DNA of 64,000 nucleotides from Carpediemonas membranifera BICM (lineage: Eukaryota > Protista > Fornicata): positions 62,001 through 126,000 of the forward strand of contig JAHDYR010000064.1 of the NCBI GenBank assembly GCA_019828565.1, read 5' to 3'. Position 1 is the first letter of the stretch, and every line of letters begins with the position of its first letter. A program made the translations under genes and the position numbers. Below are positions 1 through 10,942 of this stretch, piece by piece. The notes beneath the pieces are model-generated. The model was not told the DNA's origin. It did no database searches and was given only the letters and a program-made list of their open reading frames with translations.

Positions 1-462
1 CATCTAGGCCGGCTTCATCGATTAGGTGGGTGGCTACCCATGCCCTGGCCGTGGAATCCGGTACGTATTTGACGCTCGTGAGGACACTTCGTTCAGCTTC
101 CACCCCTTTGGCAGTCAGGTGGATGAACGCGTTATGGTGTCCTTCGAGACGCCGGAGGGCATCGATCATTTCCGCGCACCATGTGGTGCTGTTTGGGAAT
201 GTGCTTTCGAATCCCTGGGGGCCTGCCCAGTGGTGATGTCGACGAAGGTGGCTGGGGGGCAACCGTGGAGAATTCTTGAGCTCATCAGAGCCTGGTCGAG
301 GTCGGCCACCCGAATATCTTCGCCTAACATCCCGTGCAGACTGGCGACGATATTCCCGTTGGCGGGGTCAAAGACTATGACCGCCCCTTCGCATATGACG
401 GCCTCATCCCCCGCCTTGGATGCGGGTTTGGACGCTTCGAAGTCAATGCACCCGATCAGCAT
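1..462 (-). pseudogene. DEDD/DnaQ-like 3'-5' exonuclease-like ORF, frameshifted, runs off window start
   Basis: CIDFEAS...ICEGAVIVFD resembles Exo I, followed by ILHG. After a shift near the G6 run (~216-221) a second frame is open to position 1 (FESTFPN...LTAKGVEAERSVL). Confidence 0.4.
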
Positions 463-3400
463 CCTCTTGCCCTGCGGGTTGGTGAGCGGGCAGGACGGGG
501 GAGTCTGCTGTTGGCTGACAGTTCTCTACCCCTTGGCGGGTTGACGTCACTATCACTGCCAGGGACTCTTCTGGCCGAGTCGTCGGCGTTGGGCCGGGGG
601 CCATCTTGGGTACCCCCGGTCTCCGAGCCCGCACTTTCGCCGCTGGGCATGGTGGCGGGGTTCCCCCGCTAGTTGGGTTCCAACCTGCTTCGCCCCCAAT
701 GAACGAGGGGGCGACTGGATCGCCCATGTTGGGTTGGCCAGTGGTCGGGTCGCCGCCGTTGTGCGGGGCAACCCCCAGGTTGCCCCCTGGTGGGTGGGTC
801 CGTCCTTGGGCCGCCGTTGGGCGGGCTATCACCTGCACTTGCTCTGCCATTATTCGGTGGGGGGTGACCGGGTTGCCCTCGTGGGGTGGGTTGTCGGTTT
901 GCTCGTTGCCCTTGGGCGGGCCGTCCCCTGTGGATTCGGTGGCGAGCAGCTTGGTACCCTGGTCCGCCATCCAGATGTTTGCGATCCTGCTAACGAGGGT
1001 GGAAGCGTCGCAGAGGTCCGGGTGGATGAACTCAGGGGCCGGCATTGGCCGGGTAGTAGTATCCCATGCGGCCCACAGCTCTTTGAAGCCCGGAACCGTC
1101 CAGCGAAGCACTAAGTCTTCGGCCTCACTGCGCGCTAGCTCGTCGCCGGCAATGTTGAGGGCTGAATCCGTGGGTGTCCTGCTAACCAACACAGGTCTGG
1201 TCACCCCATCGGTCCTGCTGTAGACAGCTATCGCGGAGAACATGCCACCTTCCCAGGGCTTGACGGCCTGTCCGTCAAGGGGGGGGAAGCCTCCTGCTGG
1301 GGGTCTGGGGGCTAAGGGGGACGGGGGCATCCTCCCAGGCCCGACCTAGGGCCGCCCACTTGTTGTTGACGTTGTTGTGGGCTCTGTCCGCACCTGGCGC
1401 TTTCGCTGAGCCGGCTGTGGCTTGGCCGCCTGCCTTGAGGAGCCAGGCGGCGCTCTGCTGGCCGAACCTTGTCCTGATCCCAGGCCCTGTGAGGCTTTGG
1501 TGACCTGCGGCCTTGAGAGTGCTGGCAACTAGCTCGAACAGCAAGGATCTAGCCGGTGGCGGGCTTGATACCTTGAAGTTGGCGGCGTTATCCCTCGAGA
1601 AGATCACTGTGGTGTTGTTGCACTTGGCGAGGATGGAATCGGCTGCTCTTCGGACTTTTTGCCACTCTTCGGTCGTAGCTAAGCGTTTTCCAAGCTTGGT
1701 GAGCTCTGTTCCAGCTTCGTCTACATCATTCCCCCGGCCCATGGCTTGTTGGGGGAACTTTGTGTTTGTGGCCGAAATTGGTCTCGAAAAGTCGGAGGGG
1801 GAAAGTCGGCATGAATCCCCCGGAGGGTAGAGCCCTCCCTGCCCGCCTCGCCTGTAGGCGCCGTTGCCGGCGCTCGTAGGCTGGGAAACCCGGGGTCAGG
1901 GAGTAATCGGCCTTGGAGGTGAACATCACGAAGGCCGGCCCGCATCGGGGCAGTGGCCGGCGCTGTTGGTCCTCGCGGTGGATTTTCCAGGCCGCCTGGC
2001 TTACCCACCATGGCCTTCCGGTTATCAGGGCGTAGTGGTATAGCAGGATGTCATTTTCTAGCATTTGGGTAGCCGTTATTTCCCTTTCTCGGCTGGGATT
2101 CTGCCACCACTGTAGCTGGTGATCCACTCCTGGGGGAAGGGATCCTTTATCTTGCTATACCCTTTTAGGTCGCCGTACATCCGGATCAAGTCGGCGATTT
2201 TCTCGGTTCTCGTGCGCTCCTTGCGTAGAGGAGGCCCTATGGGATGCTCGGGGAGGAGATCTTCTGCTCGGGCAACGTACCCGCCCTGTGGGTTCCTGGG
2301 AAACGCGTCCATTGCCGGCCGGTGGCTCGGATGAGGAGTGTGCATTTTAGTGCTCCATCACCTGATCACACCATAGCCTTGTGGCGTTGCACGTTGGCCT
2401 TTCCGAGCAGGGGCGGGGAGGTGTGGCCTATTGCCTGAGATGCGGGGTCGGTTGCGAACCTTGTAGCCATAATATGAGTTCACCACATTTGGTTCCTGTT
2501 ACACCCATTAGCCCGCCTGGCGACTACCACCAAGGCCCAGGCATTGCCGCAGCTAAGGTTCAGCCTTCTAAGGTACCTGATTCCCCTCTTGGCCCTCATG
2601 CCGATCACCTCCAAGGCCCAGGCATTGCCGCGGCGGAGCCCCAGACCCCTAGAGAGGGCTGGGGGTCGGATTCTTCCACCACATCGTCCTCTGTGGAGGA
2701 GCTGCCCCCCGGGTCATTGGCATTGCCTTCCTCCCGCAGCGCCCGCGCCTCTGCTCCCCAACCTGGTGGGATGGGGCCTCAGGAGTCCTCAACGCCGACT
2801 CTTCCGCTCCTTCCAGGGGAAAGCCGTCCCCCGCCGCCTCCAGCTGGCCCGGTCCCCTGCTTCCCCCGGTCCTCACAACGGCGAGGGCGCTGCCCCGTTT
2901 GTCACGCCATTGGCTTCCTCCCCAGCTGGGGCTCGCACCGTTCGTCAGCCTGTGGCTCCACTTGCGTCAGCCCTCGACGCTCTCAGCACTTTGGATCGCA
3001 TCGCCATGGACTGGCACTCGTGTGCCTATGCCTTCGTGGACATGCTCCATGAGGGGACCGACGAGGATCAGCCTGTCGAGAACCTACAGGCCATTTTTGG
3101 CATTCCAGCGCACTTCTCAGTCCCAGATGGTTATGTATCGCAGCAGCAGGGGCGCTCTTGAGCGGGCCCTTAGGCAGTATGTCCCTTCGGTTTCCCATTT
3201 CCTTGCCGACGGAAGCCCCTCAGTGGAGTTCCTGGGCGCCGGGACTCCTCAGTAAACACCCAGGGTTGAATGGGGGGTTGAGACCATGTTGCTGCTGTTC
3301 CTTGCGGTATCTGCCTACCACTCGGGTTGCTGGGCCCCGGCATTCTCCCCTTCTCCCAGCGGGGAGCGCGGCCACAGGGCGCCATTTGGGTTTCCCTCCA

Positions 3401-4056
3401 GTTGCGCGTCATTCCTACTAAATTCATGAGTTCATACCTTGGTTTCGGCTTGGTTGCAGTGGTGAGGGCCCTTGGCATGTTGCTGGGGGCTCCTCTGGAC
3501 GTTCTTTGCCCTGTGGGTTGAGGAACGTCCGGGCGGTAAGCTTCCCTTGGTCTTTTGGATGGTAATATCCCATCAGACCGCTCACCGGGGGCTCCATGCC
3601 CATACGGGTTTCGTTGCCCCAGAGGGTGCACTTTAGGGAGCACAGAGAACCAACCCAAGCACAGCGCCCGTCCGCTAGCGGGTTATACAAGGCAGGCAGG
3701 GTGGTTTCAGGGGCGACGGCTCGTGCCTCCGGCGCTCGCATCTTCCAGTTTTCTGCCACCGGCCCGTTTCGCTTCCGTTTGACTTGGTCTCAGGCGATCT
3801 CATCGAGGAGGCTAGAGAGAGGCCTCGTGCGCCCTATGGGTAGAAGTGGTAAAGAGTTATGCTGTTCCTGCTGGTATTCCCCGAGCAGGAGAACTCCCGA
3901 TGCTGAATTGACCAAAATGTGGCATTCCGCGCTATAGGTCACCGCCGCTCTGTTTTGAGCTCTATAAACCTCGAAAGAATCGCCAATGGCTATCATTCCT
4001 CGGCGCTTGGCTTTGTTCCGGTTGGTGATTCCAACTTTCCATACCGGACATTTTAA
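1..4056. mobile_element. Unclassified degenerate multi-ORF element interrupting gypsy element E1
   Basis: Chain of frameshifted minus-strand ORFs (2345 to 1) diverging from plus-strand ORFs (2381-3161). Abrupt junction at TTTTAA|C (4051-4057) where gypsy RNase H coding begins mid-domain. Confidence 0.45.
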
Positions 4057-5692
4057 CTGATCCAAGGCCGACCCGACGCGCCGGACGCTGAAGTAGTGGC
4101 ATTCTTCGCCAAGAGCTTCACGACCACACAGAAGGCATGGTCCACATATGAGCAGGAGTTATATGGAATCCTACACGCCCTCTCCTCCTCCGAGTTGACG
4201 CCGCTCCTGAAGTGCCATCCCAAGCTCCACGTCCACACCGATCACCGTAACCTGGTATTTATCCGGAAGAAGTACCCTCAGAACGCGAAGATCGCTCGCT
4301 GGCGCATTACGATGAACGAATTCACGTTTACTCTCGAACATGTCGCTGGCGAGGCTAACACGGTAGCAGACGCCCTATCTCGTGTCCTCCCCGACCTCAA
4401 CGTCGACACTGTCTACGCTGTGCACGTGAACGGGAGAGGCGAGGACTTCGTCATGATCGACCCACAAGCTGAGCTCACCAAGGTGCACAACACCGCGGTT
4501 GGTCATGTGGGCCCCCCCGAGATGATACGCCGTCTGCGAAAGGCGGGCGTCCAGTGGCCCGGCATGTGGGAGGATGCCCGAGCTTTCTTCACAACGTGCA
4601 CCGAGTGCCAGCGTGTCCGCCCAGGCCAGCGCTTGCCGGTCCCCCAACACCCAGACCTGCGGACAATACCCTTCCAGTCCGTCCAGGTCGACACCCTGGG
4701 CCCGTTTGCCCAGGACGAACACGGCCAGAAGTACGTCGTCGTGATCGTAGACGCGTTCTCTCGACACGTTTCTCTATTCCCGACGCACACTACGTCAGCA
4801 AAAGACGCCGCCGACGCAATCTACAAGTTCTGCGCCGCGTTCGGCGTGCCGGAGTTCATACAGACGGACCAAGGCTCGCAGTACAAGAACAGTTTAATCG
4901 AAGAGCTCACAAGAAGCCTCACGATCGAACACCGCTTCTCTACGCCGTACCACCCCCAAGCAAACGGAAAGGTCGAACGCATGAATGCTGAGATCGCCCG
5001 TCACATGAGGACGCTCGTAGATGAACACGAAGCCGCTTGGAGCGACATGCTCCCGCAAGTGGCCCTCATACTCAACTCGCGAGTACACCCCGTGACCCAT
5101 CAGTCCCCGTTGACCCTCCTCTTTGGTCACGACGGCTTCCACAAGGATACTCAGAGTCGGGAGGAGCGCTACACACGAGCCAGGAACTCTGTCTCCCGCG
5201 ACCATGCCAAGAAGCTCGGCCGTGTTGCGTCCACGACCTACCGAGCTTATACCAGCGGGAGCCTCGTACTGCTGGCCCCCCATCAAGCCGATGAAGCTGG
5301 CCATGAAGTGGCGCGGCCCGTTCCGCGTCATACAGGAGGGGAAGGTCAAGGGATCGGTCACCATTCAGTCCCTCACCGACGACGCCGACCAGTTCACCGT
5401 CGCGTCAGAGCGCCTCCGGCCTTTCCACCGCCGCCGAGGCCAGTCACTCGCAGAACTTCGGGCACTCGTAGCCCGCCAAGACCGTGAGTTCGAGGTCGAG
5501 TCCGTCAAGGACCTCGACATGAAGGGTCGCCGTCTCCGTGTCCGCTGGAAGGGTTATGAGCCCGAGGAGGACTCCTGGATCCCGCTAAACCAGGAGAACT
5601 ACCGCCTGCAAGCCCTGGACGCCTATCTACTGGATCACCCGACGGCTGTGGCACCCCTCGAGGCGCTGGCTCGTCGTCGCCGCTGGCGATGA
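4057..5692 (+). mobile_element. Ty3/gypsy chromoviral element E1, 3' part of pol (RNase H, integrase, chromodomain)
   Basis: WSTYEQE, TDHRNL, NTVADALSR; HHCC zinc finger; D..D35E (QTDQG...NGKVER); WRGPF; chromodomain FEVESV..VRWKGYEPEEDSW. Frameshift in the C6 run at 5276-5281. Confidence 0.93.
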
Positions 5693-6046
5693 TGATCCCC
5701 ATCTGATCGGGACCTTAGCACGTCCTAAACTATAAACTGCTGTCTGAGAAGCTTGATGTTGCTTAATTGAGACTAATGGACCGCTTGCGAGGAAGAATCC
5801 CGTCGAAGATCCGAAGCTTTCGTGAAAGTTCTTGTATCTCGCCAACGAGGGCCTATTGAGGCCAATGGAGGTCATTTTCAGCACCTAGGAGCTCTTTAGC
5901 TCAATAACCTCCTTCAATGGAGTTGTTCGTCTTCACGCTCAACTATCTAATCAAACCATCGCATTTGATGGGTTTCGGATGAAATATCATAGACCAGTCC
6001 TCGCCGCCGCGCCCGTTACTCGTGGTCGTTACCACTGGGAGGGAAG

Positions 6047-6176
6047 TGTCAGCGCGGCACTTCAATCAAATATTTATTTGATTGATGATCCGATCCGATC
6101 CCCGGGCAGGGTCCCGAATCGTCTTTTTGTTTTGCTTTTAAAGCTTCACCCCCCCGTTTCGTCTGCGAAACGAACA
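6047..6176 (+). repeat. Candidate 3' LTR of E1 (~130 bp)
   Basis: Polypurine tract GGGAGGGAAG immediately before TGTCAG. Ends ...GAACA where E2 pol coding resumes. The partner LTR is not in the window. Confidence 0.65.
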
Positions 6177-8865
6177 TCTGCCACAAGCCAACCCACGCGG
6201 CATCCGCGCCGACTGGCTTCCCGAGATCAAGCGACAGCCCCATGAAATGTACGAAGCCCAGCTCATCCGCGACGCACACGGCCCAGTCTCTAGCCCGGCT
6301 GTGATTGTCCAGAAGAAGCCCGACGCGGACGGACGCCGCCCACTACGACTTTGCGCAGACTACAGGGCCCTCAACGAGGCAACTGTGACTGACGCTTTCC
6401 CCATGACAGATACCCGCACGCTCATCCAGGACCTCGTCGGCAGCAAGTACTTCTTCGGTCTAGACCTTCGCCAAGGGTTTCACCAGATGCCATTGAAGGA
6501 TGCCCACCGTTACCTGTCCGCGGTGCGGGTCCCGGGCGAGTTTTTCGAATATATGGTCGCCCCGTTTGGCCTAAAGAACCTCCCCGCACAATTCCAGCGG
6601 GCCATCGCCAACGTCCTGCGCCCGGTATACTCAGAGGGCGTCAGGAACTACATAGACGACATCTTTGCTGGCGCGCCATCGCCCGAGGTACTCGTCATGC
6701 GCACCCAGCGCACGCTCGCTCTACTCAGTGACAAGAACATCAGGCTGCGCGCCGAGAAGTGTCATTTTGGCTACCAGACTCTCGACTGTCTCGGCGAGAT
6801 CGTCTCCGAACACGGTCGTCGCCCTCAGCCCTCACGCATTGACACGATCAAGAGCCTCCCACGCCCGACGACCACGCACGAGGTACGTCAGATCCTCGGC
6901 CACATCAACTACGTGGCAGATTTTATCCCTGACTGCCAGCGCATCCTAGCGCCCATCAATGGCCTCCTCCGCAAGGACGCCAAGGTCGTGTGGACTTCAG
7001 CACACCAAGAGGCTATCGCGGCTGTTCTGACACAGCTCGCCTCTGAGGAGTCACTCGCCATACCAGACCTCTCCAAACCCTGGCGCCTCGAGACGGACGC
7101 TAGTCTCCTCGGCCTAGGCGGCATACTGCTACAACAGCAAACGCCCACAGACTGGAGAGTCGTCGCCTACTTCTCCAAGGCGTTCTCGGACGTTCAACAA
7201 AGATGGAGCACCTACGACCAGGAGATGTATGCTCTGATATACTGTCTGACACGTCCTGACATGTACTCTCTCTTCCTGGGCCACCCCGATCTGACCGTGT
7301 TCACCGACCATAAGAATCTGATGGCACTCCACCGCATGGCCGCTCACAATCGGAAGCATCGCCGATGGCTACTGTCGTTCTTGGAGTTCAGACTCAAGAT
7401 CCACCACGTCCCGGGCGAGTCCAACGTCACGGCCGACTTCTTAAGCCGTTTCCCTTTCCAGACCCGCCCCGCAGAGATCGCCGAGGTCACGGCTAACACG
7501 CTAGAGTCGAGAGTGCTCGCCTCTCAGAAGGAGCACGCTGACGAGAGACCCTCCAAGCACACCATCGTCAACGGTGTCGTCAAGTATCACGGTCGCACAT
7601 TCGTACCCGCCGACGCGCGTCGCGACGTCCTAGCCGAGGCCCACCGGCTGCACTTGGGCGTCAAGAAGACCGCTCAGGCCGTGCGTGACTTGGGTTACGA
7701 CTGGCCACAGCTCGAACACACCGTATCCGACCTGATCAACGCCTGTTTGATCTGTCAGAAGACCCGTCTGGCGAACTTCATCAAGCTGAAGATGGGCGCG
7801 ACCCCGAGCAGCACACCATTCGAACGCGTAGCCGTCGACACGCTCGGCCCCATCTCAGAGGACTCGGCCGGCAACCGGTATGTCGTCGTGATTACTGACA
7901 CATTCACGCACTTTACTGAGCTCGTGCCAGCCCCCTCGAACAATGCAGACGCGGCTGCCGCCGCTATCTGGGCGTCTATCTGCCGCCACGGCATCCCGGC
8001 CATCCTGCACACAGACGGAGGCCCGGAATACGCCAACCGTATCATCACCGCTCTAACCGAGCGCTTATCGGTCACACACCACCGGACCACGCCTTTCCAT
8101 CCGCAGTCGAACGGTCACGTCGAACGCGTCAATCGCGAAATCAAGCGCCACCTACGTACCCTAGCGCTGGCATTTAACTCCTTCGACGCATGGTCCACGA
8201 CCCTACTGCCATATGTCGCGTGGATAATCAACAGCACGGTTCACAGCGCGACGGGGTTCACCCCGTTCGAGCTACTCTACGGCACACACGCTGCCGACCG
8301 GCAGATACCCCAGCCAGACAACAACGCCGAGGACGAGACCCCGCTTACCTCTGTCGCCGAATACCTCACCGTCATGGACGCGCTCCTGGCCAAGCTCTGC
8401 CGCAAGGCTCACAAACGCCAGTCCAAGACTCGTGAGGGGAGGGCAGAGACGCAGTCGGTTCCAGTCAAGCCCGGTGATTACGTCTTGCGCAAGAACCACG
8501 CTGAAAGCAAGCTCCACGGCCACACCGGACCGTTCAAGGTCATTGAGGTCAACCCGTTCACGGCAGTCGTCGTACCGCTCCTCGCCAACGAACCGCGACG
8601 CACAGTCCACCTGTCCCACCTCATTCCGCTCAAGTCCGACCTCTCTGAGGGCGAGCTCGCCTACTTCGCCGCTTCAGACCAAGAGGAATGGTACGTTGAA
8701 CGGATCGTCAAGTCCAAGCCCGGCTTCCTGCGCGTCAAGTGGCTCGGTAGCTCCGAGCTGTCCTGGGAGCCCATCGACGCCGTCCGCCACACTCCCGCCG
8801 CCAAGAAGTTCTTAGCCGCTCACCCCGAGCTGCTCAGGGAGGGCAGTGACGCATCACCTGATTAA
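6177..8865 (+). mobile_element. Ty3/gypsy chromoviral element E2 pol (RT, RNase H, integrase, chromodomain), 5'-truncated
   Basis: ORF 6247-8865: LRLCADYRALN, LDLRQGFHQ, PFGLKN, YIDD, TDAS, HHCC, HTDGG...NGHVER, GPF, WYVERI..VKWLG. The frame extends upstream to the E1 LTR (PQANPRGIRADWLPEIKRQ). Confidence 0.95.
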
Positions 8866-8899
8866 AACGAATTCTCGAATACCCGTCGTTTACGCCACA
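8847..8899 (+). repeat. Candidate 3' LTR of E2 (~53 bp)
   Basis: Purine tract AGGGAGGGCAG, then TG...CCACA. E3 integrase coding starts directly after. The E2 pol stop codon lies inside this segment. Confidence 0.5.
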
Positions 8900-10204
8900 G
8901 ACTGATCAAAGAGGAGGTCGGAAGTCAGCCGAACCTGTATAAGCGAGTCAAGGCGGCGATCAAGGCATGTCCAACCTGTCAGAAGGTTCGAGGGACTTCT
9001 GAGAGAGTCGTGACCAACCATCATAGGACGGCTGGTTACCGCCCCTTTGAGGTAGTCCAGATGGACACGATCGGGGAGCTCCCCTAGGTAGAGGGCATGA
9101 AGCATATTATTGTGGTAATAGATACATTCAGTAAGCTAGTGAACCTCTTCCCGTGCCCCACGACGGCCGCAAAAAGTGCAGCAAAGGCAATACTTGAGTG
9201 GTCAGCAGCGCTACGGGAGACCCAAGGAAATTCAGTCGGACAACGCGAGGCAGTTCCGCAACATGACGATTGAGCAGCTGACGAGAGAGCTGCAGGTTAA
9301 CCAGAGGTTTTCAACCCCGTACCACCCGGCCGGGAACGGCATAGTGGAGAGAGTGAATGGTGAGGTGGTCAGACATATTAGAGCGCTGAAGTACGATAAG
9401 GGCCGCAGCTCCACGTGGCTCGAGACCATCCGAGAGGTCCAATACATTGTCAACTCAACAGCGTTCGCTCGATCCGGACTCACGCCCTTCGAAGTCCTGT
9501 ACGGAAAGCAGCCTGAGAGACGGCCCGAACCATCGACAGAGCTTAGATAGTTCAGACGAGCAGTTGAGGCGACCAGACGAGCTCAAGAGAAGACGATAAG
9601 CCGGTCCACTGGAGGGAAGAGAGACGGTGTCGAAGACCTCGAGCCCGGAAGCTACGTGTTATTAGAGAGAGTGGACCGGGTAGCTAAGCTGCAGTCAAAG
9701 CTCAGGGGACCAATGGAGCTGGTGAGGAGAGCGGAGCACCCGAACACTTACGTCGTTAAGGATATCAACACGATGATCGAGATGACTGTCCACGCAGATA
9801 GATTGCGTAAGTTCGTGACGAAGGCGTGCAGGACGGAGCTTGAGAGGTTAGCAGCCAGCGAGGAAGAATACCATGAAGTCGGCGGTATTGTGGACCATAA
9901 GGAAGAAAGAGTTGGCCGGAAGAAGGTGTTGAAGGTCAGGATCCATTGGCGCGGTTATGAAGACGAGGAGGATACTTGGCAGCTGTTCGACGATGAGATC
10001 GACCAGTTGGAAGCAATAGATAGATACCAGTCAGAGAAGAACGTCACATGGTTGTTTGATAACTCCCGTAAATGTAGAAGGACTGTGGCTGCGCCACAGG
10101 AGGGAAGTGTGGTTTATGTAAACAGAATTCGTCCACAACAGCGGGGTCAGCTGGGTCGATCGGAGAAAGTTGGCTCAGGGCACGAACCAAGGTCTCAGAT
10201 GTGA
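8900..10204 (+). pseudogene. Ty3/gypsy element E3, degenerate integrase and chromodomain
   Basis: CPTCQK, QMDTIG, IQSDNA...GNGIVERVN, LRGPM, IHWRGYEDEEDTW, with in-frame stops and a frameshift. Confidence 0.9.
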
Positions 10205-10218
10205 GCGACCTGGTCACA
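10108..10218 (+). repeat. Candidate 3' LTR of E3 (~110 bp)
   Basis: AGGAGGGAAG|TGT start, matching E1 and E4. The end at ...GGTCACA is approximate. Confidence 0.5.
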
Positions 10219-10219
10219 C

Positions 10220-10940
10220 CAAGCTCCGCTGCGCGACTTGCGCGAACTAGTTTCATGGCCGAGAATGTCGGGTGCTTCGCGTCTACACTCTGAAGACCGT
10301 TGGCCGAACGCAGGCAGCAGTCAGCTGGAACCGCCTCGAACACTTCCTGAGGAATGTTGAGAGAGATTTTTTTGGTTCATCAGCTGGACAGCAGCGCCCA
10401 GGTAGGCCACAGGCCAGGTAAGCAACGGTGTGGCCCAGTTGAGCCCGCCTTGCTTGATGGAGAGGGCGGCTCGATCGAGAGTATGGGCGACCACGTCGAT
10501 GCCGAGGCACGAGGTCAGGAGAGGTAGTAAGGCGGCAGATTCGAACTCACCGCTAATCGCAAGCAGGCCCGGTAGCGGGGCCACATTATGGAATGTGTGC
10601 GTGAACTTGGCGAGCAAGCAGGCTCTGGTTATGTTGAGCCCGATGCTTGTGACCTGAGGGCCGAGATCGTCCACCATCAGCTGCGTGCAGCCCACGAGAT
10701 CGGAGACGTCGCCAAACTGGCGCCGGACCTCGCGTTCGACGAATGCCTGGTGACCAATGGGGGTGCCGAGCGCGGTGAAACACTCCCGGCGTGGCACAGG
10801 GGAGTTCTCAGACTCGGCGAGCCCGACGCCCGCAATGACGGTCTTTTGGTTGACCACCAGTCCCGCACGGTCAAAGACCTGGCGGGCGGAGGCGACAACC
10901 GCGTCAGCGAGAGAATCAGACGACCCACCGGGTAGGTCAG
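10220..10940 (-). mobile_element. Non-LTR retrotransposon RT C-terminal fragment (CRE-like early-branching clade)
   Basis: GLVVNQKT (RT domain 6), ALGTPIG (domain 7), RACLLAKFTH, and LSIKQGGL (thumb motif). The YxDD motif and upstream sequence are missing. Confidence 0.7.
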
Positions 10941-10942
10941 CA

